Origin: a virus
Virus record (IMG/VR): IMGVR_UViG_3300035499_000465
Location: 1-64,000 of that record
Length of the DNA stretch: 64,000 bases
Strand: one strand, 5' to 3'
Shown here: piece by piece, positions 43,789 to 53,206 of the stretch
Layout of the letters: each line of letters opens with the position of its first letter
How positions within the stretch are numbered: the first letter of the stretch is position 1
Notes under the pieces: generated by a model
Databases searched by the model: none
Seen by the model: only the letters and a program-made list of their open reading frames with translations
What the model was told of the DNA's origin: nothing
Made by a program: the position numbers and the translations under genes

Positions 43789-45317
43789 TGGCATCAAAGT
43801 ATGTAGATTCTACATCAATTATGCAGGTTATTGGTTGTGTTTTTAATCGACCTCAACTTTTAGATTTTACAGATAAATACACAATAGTGGATGAAGATTT
43901 TCCAGATGAATTTCATAGATTGGTTTTTGGGGCAATTTATAAGATTCATGAATTGGGCGCAAATGAAATCCATCTTGAAACAATTTCAGATTTTTTGTCA
44001 ACAAGACCAAAGAGTTTAGCTTTATATCAGACTCAAAAAGGAGAAGAATGGCTATTAAAAGTAGCTGATTCAGCGACTCAAGCAACATTTGATTATTATT
44101 ATAATCGTTTAAAGAAAATGACTCTGTTAAGAGCATATGATAATTTTGGTGTTGATGTTTCTGATATATACGATCCAGATAATATTTTGGATGTAAAAAA
44201 GAAGCAACTCCAAGAGGATCAATTAGATAATTCTACATTGGAAGAAATAGCTGACAAAGTTGATAATAAAATTGCTGAAATTAGATTAAAATATGTAGAT
44301 GATGTTGATGGAGAAGCCGCGCAAGCAGGAGAAGGAATTTTTGATTTAATTGCAAAATTCAAGGAGCATCCAGAAGTAGGAGTTCCATTGTATGGTCCTC
44401 TTATTAATACAGTTACTCGTGGCGCAAGATTAAAAAAGTTTTATCTTAGATCTGCGGCTACCGGAGTTGGTAAGACTAGATCAATGATCGCGGATGCATG
44501 TTATATTGCATGTAATCAGATTTATGATGATAATTTTGGTTGGATTAAAAATGGAACTTGCGAACCAGTTTTATTTATTACAACTGAGCAGGAACTTGAA
44601 GAAATTCAAACAATGATGTTGGCATTTTTGTCATCAGTTAATGAAGAACATATTCTTAATGGAGAATATGAAGGCGATGAAGAAGATCGCGTAATGAAAG
44701 CCGCACAAATTTTAAGTGAAAGTCCTTTATATATTGAAGAACTTCCAGATTTTTCTTTAAAAGACGTTGAAGATAAAATTAAAAAGAATTTGCGCGACCA
44801 TGATGTTAAATATGTTTTTCACGATTACATTCATACTAGTTTGAAGATTCTTGAAGAAATCACAAGAAGAAGTGGTGGAATCAAATTAAGAGAAGATAAT
44901 ATTTTGTTTATGTTATCAACTCGATTGAAAGATTTATGTAATAAATATGGCATTTTTATTATGTCAGCAACGCAGTTAAATGGCGATTATCAAGATGCTA
45001 AGACGCCAGATCAGAATTTGCTCCGAGGCGCAAAAGCTATCGCAGATAAAGTCGATTATGGTTCAATTCTTTTAAATGTTAAAGATGAAGATCTTGAAGC
45101 GCTTGATCCGATATTATCAACAAACTTATTTGAAAGACCAACAATTAAAATGTCTATTTATAAGAATAGACGAGGAAGATATAAAGGAGTTATTTTATGG
45201 TGCAAAGCTGATTTAGGTTGTTGCAGAATAATTCCAATGTTTTGTACAACATATGCTTATGAAATGGTAAGCATAGATAATGTGAAAATTATTGTTGAAG
45301 AGGAATCTGCATTCTAG
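43788..45317 (+). CDS. DnaB-like replicative helicase
   Basis: Walker A SAATGVGKTRSM. RecA-like C-terminal domain. 509 aa. Confidence 0.7.
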   Translation: MASKYVDSTSIMQVIGCVFNRPQLLDFTDKYTIVDEDFPDEFHRLVFGAIYKIHELGANEIHLETISDFLSTRPKSLALYQTQKGEEWLLKVADSATQATFDYYYNRLKKMTLLRAYDNFGVDVSDIYDPDNILDVKKKQLQEDQLDNSTLEEIADKVDNKIAEIRLKYVDDVDGEAAQAGEGIFDLIAKFKEHPEVGVPLYGPLINTVTRGARLKKFYLRSAATGVGKTRSMIADACYIACNQIYDDNFGWIKNGTCEPVLFITTEQELEEIQTMMLAFLSSVNEEHILNGEYEGDEEDRVMKAAQILSESPLYIEELPDFSLKDVEDKIKKNLRDHDVKYVFHDYIHTSLKILEEITRRSGGIKLREDNILFMLSTRLKDLCNKYGIFIMSATQLNGDYQDAKTPDQNLLRGAKAIADKVDYGSILLNVKDEDLEALDPILSTNLFERPTIKMSIYKNRRGRYKGVILWCKADLGCCRIIPMFCTTYAYEMVSIDNVKIIVEEESAF

Positions 45318-45364
45318 ATTTCTTAAATAATTTTAAATAAAAAGATTAAGAGGAGATAATTATT

Positions 45365-45628
45365 ATGGCAGAGAAAACAACTAAAAAGAAAACAAACAAA
45401 GTAAATAAGAAAACTAAAGGTGTAGGTTTCAAACAGGTAGTTACTCCAGTAGACACTTGTGAAAAGGTTGGCGCTTGTGAATATAAGATGCCTAAAGCAA
45501 TAGCAAGGGATTATCTTAAAGGAAGAAAAGGCGCTGAAGAAAAAATGGATGCGCAGGCTTATCTCTGTTGGATTGTAAATGACCAATTTGGTCTAAAAGA
45601 GAAATGCGTTAAAGTTATCATCGGATAA
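45365..45628 (+). CDS. hypothetical basic protein
   Basis: ORF. Confidence 0.3.
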   Translation: MAEKTTKKKTNKVNKKTKGVGFKQVVTPVDTCEKVGACEYKMPKAIARDYLKGRKGAEEKMDAQAYLCWIVNDQFGLKEKCVKVIIG

Positions 45629-45656
45629 ATCTTATTAAGAAAGATAGGATGGATAA

Positions 45657-46763
45657 ATGATAAATTATGATAAAGCAGAAATTCGAGATAGCTTAGTTAT
45701 TGAGAATATTTTTGATTTATTGCAAGAGTGGGGAGGGGATCCTGAATATACATCATTCGGGATCCTCTCATCTACAATTTGTCATAATCAACCAGGAGAG
45801 GGAAGTCGAAAATTATATTATTATGAAAATAGCGGATTATTTCGATGTTATACTGGTTGTGATAGTTATTTTGATATATTTGAATTAACTAGGAAAATAG
45901 CAAAGATTCAGCATGAAGTTGAATTTGATTTAAATGATGCAGTTAGATGGATTGCCGGTAAATTCGGAATCATGGGCGAAGTCATTGATTCAATGAATGA
46001 CAATGGACTTGCGGATTGGAGTTATTTAGATAATTATAAAAGAATCCAAGATATTGATTTAAAAAAGAAAGATAATGTTATTTTAAAAGAATATAACAGT
46101 GAAATCTTAGATAGATTTAATTATTCTTTAAAAATCGAGCCTTGGTTAAAAGAAGGAATTTCTCAGGAAGCCATTAACCAAGCTTTAATTGGTTTTTATC
46201 CAGGAGGTGATCAAATAACAATTCCTCATTTTGATAAAGATGGAAGATTTGTAGGATTGCGCGGTCGAACTCTTTGTAAGGAAGAAGCTGATATTTTTGG
46301 TAAATATCGTCCTTTAAAAGTTAATCGAATCATGTATAATCATCCTCTTGGGATGAATCTGTATAATTTTAATTTTAGTAAAAATCAAATCAGTCAGATT
46401 AAAAAAGCTATTATTTTTGAAGGAGAAAAAAGTACACTTTTATATAAAAGTTATTTTGGTTTAGAAAATGATATATCAGTAGCATGTTGCGGTTCAAGTG
46501 TTTCTTCTTATCAAATTGAATTATTAATTGGGGCTGGCGCAACTGAAATTATAGTTGCTTTTGATAGGCAGTTTCAAGAGATTGGAGATAAAGAGTTTCA
46601 GCATTTAAAAAGTAATTTGATAAGATTAAGAAATAAATATAAGAATTATGTAACAATTTCTTTTATTTTTGATAAAAATATGATTACTGGATATAAAGAC
46701 TCTCCAGTTGATTGTGGAAAAGAAATATTTTTACAGCTATTTAAAGAAAGGATTGTATTATGA
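45657..46763 (+). CDS. DNA primase (zinc-ribbon + Toprim)
   Basis: CHNQPGEG...FRCYTGC, then IFEGEKS and IVAFDRQ. Confidence 0.6.
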   Translation: MINYDKAEIRDSLVIENIFDLLQEWGGDPEYTSFGILSSTICHNQPGEGSRKLYYYENSGLFRCYTGCDSYFDIFELTRKIAKIQHEVEFDLNDAVRWIAGKFGIMGEVIDSMNDNGLADWSYLDNYKRIQDIDLKKKDNVILKEYNSEILDRFNYSLKIEPWLKEGISQEAINQALIGFYPGGDQITIPHFDKDGRFVGLRGRTLCKEEADIFGKYRPLKVNRIMYNHPLGMNLYNFNFSKNQISQIKKAIIFEGEKSTLLYKSYFGLENDISVACCGSSVSSYQIELLIGAGATEIIVAFDRQFQEIGDKEFQHLKSNLIRLRNKYKNYVTISFIFDKNMITGYKDSPVDCGKEIFLQLFKERIVL

Positions 46764-47062
46764 CAAGAGGTGGAATTTGGTGGGATAAAGATCGAGATGC
46801 CGCAATAGACTATCTTCATTTTATTGAAAGACGATATAACGAAAATGGAATTAAAGTAATTCGTACTAAAATTTCATTATACGACACTTATACGGAATTT
46901 GAAAATGGTGATATTTGGAGGGTTATTAAAGCAGTAAATAGTGCAAGGGGATATGCTTATAATCAATCAGCTATTGAACTTAATATGCCAGAAGAATTAA
47001 TTCATTGTATTATTAAACCTTGTACAAAACTTCCCCCATATAAAGTTTATACTTATTTTTAA
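46760..47062 (+). CDS. hypothetical protein
   Basis: ORF. Confidence 0.3.
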   Translation: MTRGGIWWDKDRDAAIDYLHFIERRYNENGIKVIRTKISLYDTYTEFENGDIWRVIKAVNSARGYAYNQSAIELNMPEELIHCIIKPCTKLPPYKVYTYF

Positions 47063-47070
47063 GGAGATAT

Positions 47071-47265
47071 ATGGATACTAATATTTATCAATACAGAAAA
47101 AAGCATAAAAGATGTAAATTTTGTAAATATTATAATAAATATTTGAGAGATATTGGAATGACTTATTATACTTTTACAAATTGTAAATTAAAAGATAAGC
47201 ATGTTAATGAAAGCAATATTTTTTCTTCAATATTTTGTAAATATTATGAAGTAAAACAAGATTAA
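47071..47265 (+). CDS. hypothetical Cys-rich small protein
   Basis: ORF. Confidence 0.25.
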   Translation: MDTNIYQYRKKHKRCKFCKYYNKYLRDIGMTYYTFTNCKLKDKHVNESNIFSSIFCKYYEVKQD

Positions 47266-47326
47266 AAAGGAGTGATTTTATAAAAGATTTAAAGAGGTGT
47301 TCGATATGAAAGGAGGTTGATTTCAT

Positions 47327-49090
47327 TTGGATTATCAACTAATATCACCAGTTCTCCCAGATAAAAATATGACAGTGGTTGAGACGGTGTTTTCAAATAG
47401 AGGCATTGATCCTCAAAATATCGAACATTATTTACATACAACAGATGAAGATATTTGCGATCCAAAATTGATTATGAATATTCAACAAGGCGCGCAAATG
47501 TTAGTTAAACACATTTCACAAAAAGATTTAATATTCTTTCAAGTAGATAGTGATTGTGATGGTTTTACTTCATCGGCAATACTTATTAATTATTTAAACT
47601 GTTTATTTCCGGGGTATGCGCAAAATAATATCTTATATCGTATTCACACTGGAAAACAGCATGGTATTATTCCTAGTACAATTCCAGAAGGGGTTAAATT
47701 AGTAATAGCACCGGATTCTTCTTCAAACGATTATGAAGAACATAAACTTTTAAGAGCTAAAGGAATTGATGTTTTAGTTATTGATCATCATGAAGCTGAA
47801 AAAATTTCAGAAAATGCTTGTATTGTTAATAATCAACTTTGTGATTATCCAACAAAGTCATTATCTGGCGCAGGAATGGTTTACAAATTTTGTTCTTATA
47901 TTGATGAAATATTAGGAACTAAAGAAGCTGATAATTTTCTTGATTTGGCGGCTCTTGGAATGATAGCAGATATGATGGATTTAAGAGACTATGAAACTAA
48001 ACGATTAATTGATAAAGGTCTTGCAAGTATAAGAAATCCTTTTTTTAAACAGATGATTCAAGTTCAGAATTTTTCAATTAACAAACATGGCGGTTTGGAT
48101 CCATTCGCAATTAGTTTCTACATTGCTCCACAAGTAAATGGAACAATTAGAATGGGTAATGCTGTTGAAAAAATGACTTTATTTGAATCAATGCTTGATT
48201 TTAAAGCATATGAACAGGTTCCATCTACAAAACGTGGATGCAAAGGACAAATGGAAACTAGGGTTGAACAAGCTTGTCGAAATTGTGTGAATATTAAAAA
48301 TCGTCAACAAAAAGCAAGAGATAATAGTTTAACAGCTCTCGAAAGTGTTATTGAAGAAGATAATCTTTTAAATCATAAGTTTTTGATTATAAAAATAAAA
48401 CCTGAATATCATGTTGATAAAAACCTTACAGGTTTAATAGCGAATCAGCTTATGGCTAAATACCAAAGACCAGTATTATTATTAAATAAAGTTGTTAATG
48501 AAAATGGAGATATAACTTGGGAAGGTTCTGGAAGAGGATATGATAAATCTGCTTTTAAGAATTTTAAAGAATATCTGAATCAAACTGGTTTAGTTATGTA
48601 TGCAGAAGGTCATGCTTCTGCTTTTGGAGTTGGAGTTACTAATCAAAATTTTGATAGATTGGTTTATCGTTCTGATTTTGACTTAGATGAATTTGAATTT
48701 TCTCCAAGCTATAATGTAGATATGATTTATCATGGATCAAATTTTAATGGTAAAGATATTATAGATATAGCTAATTTAAAATCAATTTGGGGTCAAGGCA
48801 TTGAAGAGCCTTTAATTGCTATAACAGGAGTAAATATTACTTCTCAAAATATTACTTTGATGTCTAAAGATAAAAATCCTACATTAAAAATTGTTTTATC
48901 TAATGGAGTTGAATTAATCAATTTTAAATCTTCAGAAGAAGAATTTCAAATGCTTTGTCCAGAAGAAAATGGTTGTACTACAATTTCTTTAGTCGGTAAA
49001 TGCGAACAAAATTATTGGGGAGGAAAAACAACTCCGCAAATTTTAATTGAAGAATATGAAATTGATGGACAAAGTAAATATTATTTTTAA
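47327..49090 (+). CDS. DHH-family phosphoesterase, RecJ-like exonuclease
   Basis: Motifs VDSDCDGFTS, APDSSSND, IDHHE. Confidence 0.7.
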   Translation: MDYQLISPVLPDKNMTVVETVFSNRGIDPQNIEHYLHTTDEDICDPKLIMNIQQGAQMLVKHISQKDLIFFQVDSDCDGFTSSAILINYLNCLFPGYAQNNILYRIHTGKQHGIIPSTIPEGVKLVIAPDSSSNDYEEHKLLRAKGIDVLVIDHHEAEKISENACIVNNQLCDYPTKSLSGAGMVYKFCSYIDEILGTKEADNFLDLAALGMIADMMDLRDYETKRLIDKGLASIRNPFFKQMIQVQNFSINKHGGLDPFAISFYIAPQVNGTIRMGNAVEKMTLFESMLDFKAYEQVPSTKRGCKGQMETRVEQACRNCVNIKNRQQKARDNSLTALESVIEEDNLLNHKFLIIKIKPEYHVDKNLTGLIANQLMAKYQRPVLLLNKVVNENGDITWEGSGRGYDKSAFKNFKEYLNQTGLVMYAEGHASAFGVGVTNQNFDRLVYRSDFDLDEFEFSPSYNVDMIYHGSNFNGKDIIDIANLKSIWGQGIEEPLIAITGVNITSQNITLMSKDKNPTLKIVLSNGVELINFKSSEEEFQMLCPEENGCTTISLVGKCEQNYWGGKTTPQILIEEYEIDGQSKYYF

Positions 49091-49144
49091 TTATTGTTTA
49101 TAAAGGTTATTTATAACCTTTAATATATATAAGGAGGGAAGTTA

Positions 49145-49384
49145 ATGCTATACATTAATTCTCAAAACACAAATTTTGAAGCTGATTCAAAAACTGTTGA
49201 TGGAATTCAGTTAGCACATTTTTCAGCTAATATTTCTAAAGATAATGCATCTTTTTCAGTTTATATTGATGATGTATCTAAAGCTTTAGAGAGTCAGATT
49301 GATGAAGATTTTACTGAATTTAAAAAGACAGTTTTAGGATCTCCTAAAGATTCTGAGACAGTTGTTTCAGAAGATTTAATTTAA
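49145..49384 (+). CDS. hypothetical protein
   Basis: ORF. Confidence 0.3.
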   Translation: MLYINSQNTNFEADSKTVDGIQLAHFSANISKDNASFSVYIDDVSKALESQIDEDFTEFKKTVLGSPKDSETVVSEDLI

Positions 49385-49442
49385 TGAATCTAAAAGGCTA
49401 GAGATTGTCTCTAGCCCGATAGACACATAAAAGAGGTAAAAT

Positions 49443-49769
49443 ATGGAAAGCATTAATATTAATGAATTAATGGATTCATTTTTAACATATGGGATTACTT
49501 TTGAAGAGATGTTAAGTGCTATTACAAGACTTTCAGAAAATGCTATTAAAGCCGAAACACTTACAGATGCATTATTAAAAGCTCTTTCAACGATAGATTG
49601 TGTAGAACAAAAGATCACAGAACAGAACCGGCCGGAGACAAATGAAAAGACCGAAAGCCCAAATCAAAAAATGGATTTAGAAATTTTTGAACCAAATGTT
49701 GGGCATATAGATTTTATAGAATTTGAAGACAATCCATTTTGTGATGGAATTATTTTTACGGAGGAATAA
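49443..49769 (+). CDS. hypothetical protein
   Basis: ORF. Confidence 0.3.
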   Translation: MESININELMDSFLTYGITFEEMLSAITRLSENAIKAETLTDALLKALSTIDCVEQKITEQNRPETNEKTESPNQKMDLEIFEPNVGHIDFIEFEDNPFCDGIIFTEE

Positions 49770-49772
49770 AAA

Positions 49773-50300
49773 ATGAGACATGAAGTGAAAATTCCAGAGT
49801 CATATAGAGAGATATTAACTAAAGATGTGAGGTTATTTAAAGATATTCCAAGAGATATTAAAATTGTTCAACATGCTTATGAGCACAGAGGAGACGAAAA
49901 GTATTGGAATTATACTTCATATGACGTTTATTTAAGAAATGAGTTAGTGCTTTCTTTTAATAGAAATTATTCTACTTGTCCGCCTTTTGAATATGCAAAA
50001 ATTAATAATAAAGAATATCTTATTACTTCTGGAGATTATCAATGTATTACAGTCTTAGATTTAACAGAACGAAAAATTTATGATTTTACTAATGAGGAAG
50101 GGTATAAATTTGGATGCGGCTTTTGTCCATTAGATATAACATATGATGGAGATGATAAAACCTTATTTGTTGAAGGATGCATTTGGGGTTGTCCATATGA
50201 AACGATAATTTTTAGAAATGTTAATCTTTTAAATATTGATTTTTCAACTGCTGAGCATGAAGATGATGAGGATGAATATTGTGACTATGAGGAGAAGTAA
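49773..50300 (+). CDS. hypothetical protein
   Basis: ORF. Confidence 0.3.
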   Translation: MRHEVKIPESYREILTKDVRLFKDIPRDIKIVQHAYEHRGDEKYWNYTSYDVYLRNELVLSFNRNYSTCPPFEYAKINNKEYLITSGDYQCITVLDLTERKIYDFTNEEGYKFGCGFCPLDITYDGDDKTLFVEGCIWGCPYETIIFRNVNLLNIDFSTAEHEDDEDEYCDYEEK

Positions 50301-50302
50301 AA

Positions 50303-51481
50303 ATGACTCTTACTGAAAAACAATTAGAAGGACTTAAAATTGCAATAACTAGATATAATGATCGTGATAAATATACCGTAATATCAGGATATGCAGGAAC
50401 AGGAAAGTCAACATTAGTACGTTTCATTATTGACTTTCTTGATGTAGATCCAGAAGATGTTGCATATGCGTGCTATACAGGAAAAGCTGCTGAGGTATTA
50501 AGGAAAAAAGGTAATAAAAATGCTATGACATTGCATAAATTATTATATGACAGTTTTCCGCGTCCAGGTGGAGGATTTTTCCGTAAACCTAAAAAGTATT
50601 TAGATTATGAGATTGTTGTAGTAGATGAAATTTCTATGGCACCTAAATCTATGATAGAAATGCTTTTAACGCATGATGTATATTGCATTTTTCTTGGAGA
50701 TCCATTTCAGCTTCCTCAGATTGATAAAAATGAAGCACATAATTTCTTAGATCATCCGCATATTTTTTTAGATGAAGTAATGCGGCAAGCCGCCGAATCT
50801 GAAATTATTCAAACTACTATGAAAATTAGAGAAGGTCGTTCTCTTTCATATATGACAGGAAAAGAAGTAATGATTCTTCCAAAAGAAAGTTTAACAACGG
50901 GTCATATGCTTTGGGCAGATACTATCTTATGTGCAACAAACAAAACAAGACATTATATGAATGAGCAAATGAGACATCTTTTGGGATATGAGGGAACTTT
51001 ACAGTCTGGAGAAAAGATTATTATTAAGCGTAATTACTGGGAAGATTGCAATGAAGATGGAGAAGCTTTAGTTAATGGGATAGTCGGAACTATTCAGAAT
51101 CCTATTGAGAGCTTTGTTAAAATTCCGCCATATATTAAAAATGATAGACATAAGCTTCCGCTTGTTTCTTGTGAATTCATTCCAGATGGCGGAAAACCTT
51201 TTGAGAGTTTAGAGATTGACAAAGACTTCTTATTAAATGAAGAACCTTGTGTAGACTGGAAAGTAGCTTACCAATTAGGGACAATGAAAAATAAAATTGG
51301 TGATATTCTTCCCAAACAAGCTACATATGGATATGCATTAACTGTTCACGCAGCTCAGGGTAGCGAATGGGATAAGGTCCTAGTTATGGAAGAAGGATTT
51401 CCCTTTGACAAAAAAGAACATGCAAGATGGCTTTACACAGCAGCTACTCGTGCTTCTGAAAAACTTGTATTAATGAGGTAA
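50303..51481 (+). CDS. SF1 DNA helicase, Dda/RecD-like
   Basis: Walker A GYAGTGKST. Walker B VVVDEISM. C-terminal TVHAAQGSEWD. Confidence 0.75.
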   Translation: MTLTEKQLEGLKIAITRYNDRDKYTVISGYAGTGKSTLVRFIIDFLDVDPEDVAYACYTGKAAEVLRKKGNKNAMTLHKLLYDSFPRPGGGFFRKPKKYLDYEIVVVDEISMAPKSMIEMLLTHDVYCIFLGDPFQLPQIDKNEAHNFLDHPHIFLDEVMRQAAESEIIQTTMKIREGRSLSYMTGKEVMILPKESLTTGHMLWADTILCATNKTRHYMNEQMRHLLGYEGTLQSGEKIIIKRNYWEDCNEDGEALVNGIVGTIQNPIESFVKIPPYIKNDRHKLPLVSCEFIPDGGKPFESLEIDKDFLLNEEPCVDWKVAYQLGTMKNKIGDILPKQATYGYALTVHAAQGSEWDKVLVMEEGFPFDKKEHARWLYTAATRASEKLVLMR

Positions 51482-51485
51482 AATA

Positions 51486-51749
51486 ATGAAATTTTTAACT
51501 GGTGAACAATTACTTTTTTGTATTAGACATGGCTTATCAATTAAAAAAGAAGATTATACAGAACAAGAATTAATAGTAATAACTTTAAAAGCTATTCAAG
51601 AAAGAATTAAAAGAAAACAAGAAAATCGTAATAAACTAATAAATATTTTAGAAAAAGGAAAAACAATATGGCATTGGATATTTGGAATCCCATTCATGGC
51701 TGTAAAGGAAAAAGTGAAGGCTGTGAACATTGTTATGCAAAAACGATAG
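51486..51749 (+). CDS. hypothetical protein (82-nt overlap with next gene)
   Basis: ORF. Confidence 0.2.
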   Translation: MKFLTGEQLLFCIRHGLSIKKEDYTEQELIVITLKAIQERIKRKQENRNKLINILEKGKTIWHWIFGIPFMAVKEKVKAVNIVMQKR

Positions 51750-52516
51750 ATGACAGATATAAAAGAGATTTCTTTGAATGTAAAAAATTAACAAGTCAAT
51801 TTAATTATCCTGTTAAAAAAGATAGACAAGGTAATTATAAAGTACCTTCTGGAATATGTCTACGAGTATGTATGAATTCAGATTTTTTCTTTGAAGGATT
51901 AGATCAGTTTAGAAATGAATGTTGGGATATAATGTCAAGGCGTCCAGACATTTTATTCTATTTACTTACTAAAAGGCCAGAACGAGTTATGGAATGCTTG
52001 CCTTCTTGGTGGAATGAGAGACCACTAAATAATGTAATAATGAATGTAACTTGTGAGAACCAGAAGAGAGCTGATGAAAGAATTCCAATATTGCGAGAAT
52101 TGCCATTTCAGTTTAAAGGAATTATGTGCGCTCCTTTATTAAGCGAAATTCATATTGAAGATTATCTTGCAGAGGGTTTTATTATGAATGTAAATTGCGG
52201 CGGCGAGAATTATGGGGGCGCGAGACCTTGTCATTACGAGTGGGTTGCTAGTCTTAGCGAGCAATGTGCGGCTGCGCGCACTAAATTTACTTTTATAGAA
52301 ACTGGAAATAATTTTCTTAAAAATGGAATTAAAGTGAATACTGGATCAAGTAAAACTCAACAGGGTATTTATGCTAGATCTCTTGGATTAAATATATTAG
52401 AAGACGGCGCTTTATATACTCCAATCTTCAAACCTCGATATGGTGATTTATGTAATAAATGTGGAAGTCAACCAATTTGCATGGGTCTTGAGCCGGGGAA
52501 AATAGATTGCTATTAA
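51668..52516 (+). CDS. phage Gp37/Gp68-family (DUF5131) protein
   Basis: N-terminal DIWNPIHGC..SEGCEHCYA signature. Confidence 0.6.
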   Translation: MALDIWNPIHGCKGKSEGCEHCYAKTIDDRYKRDFFECKKLTSQFNYPVKKDRQGNYKVPSGICLRVCMNSDFFFEGLDQFRNECWDIMSRRPDILFYLLTKRPERVMECLPSWWNERPLNNVIMNVTCENQKRADERIPILRELPFQFKGIMCAPLLSEIHIEDYLAEGFIMNVNCGGENYGGARPCHYEWVASLSEQCAAARTKFTFIETGNNFLKNGIKVNTGSSKTQQGIYARSLGLNILEDGALYTPIFKPRYGDLCNKCGSQPICMGLEPGKIDCY

Positions 52517-52527
52517 AGGAGAATATT

Positions 52528-53157
52528 ATGAAAGTTGTTAGTATTGATTTTGATATTATCATGTCACCATCTATCGAATTTTATAATGATTTACTACATG
52601 ATGAAGATAGCATAGATACTTATCTTAATAAATTTCCTTTTATATCTGGTATTAAAGCAGATTTATATCAGTATGATTGTTTGACTCAATATCTTTGCCA
52701 GATGTTTAAAAAACTAGACAAGGATAAAATTATTTTTATTACATCTCACGAAGAGCTAGTTACGATAACTAAAGATTTTGAGCCGTTTGATTTAATAAAT
52801 ATAGATCATCATCATGATGTGGGATATGAAGGAGAACGATGGAAAGCTCCTAAATACACTAAACCTGATTGTGGTAATTGGGTAAAATATTTATGGGATA
52901 ATAAAAAGATTAATTCATACACATGGATTCGTAATAAAGACTCTAATCCATTAGATGAAGATGCTAATCCAGCCTATATTACAAGAGATATTTTATTTGA
53001 TGATTTTGATTTTCCACTATTGGAAGATGCGGATTATATAATTCTTTGTAAATCTTTTGAGTGGATTCCTTTCGATTATCAAATTTTATATTATACTTGG
53101 GCGAATATTTATGATTCTTTTTATTCTCTTAAAGAAAATTTAATTGATAAATTATAA
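52528..53157 (+). CDS. hypothetical protein
   Basis: RBS AAGGAG. The called start at 52507 is less likely. Confidence 0.3.
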   Translation: MKVVSIDFDIIMSPSIEFYNDLLHDEDSIDTYLNKFPFISGIKADLYQYDCLTQYLCQMFKKLDKDKIIFITSHEELVTITKDFEPFDLINIDHHHDVGYEGERWKAPKYTKPDCGNWVKYLWDNKKINSYTWIRNKDSNPLDEDANPAYITRDILFDDFDFPLLEDADYIILCKSFEWIPFDYQILYYTWANIYDSFYSLKENLIDKL

Positions 53158-53206
53158 TAAAAATGATATAATATATGTAGAAAATAAAATATGAAAGGAA
53201 ATATTA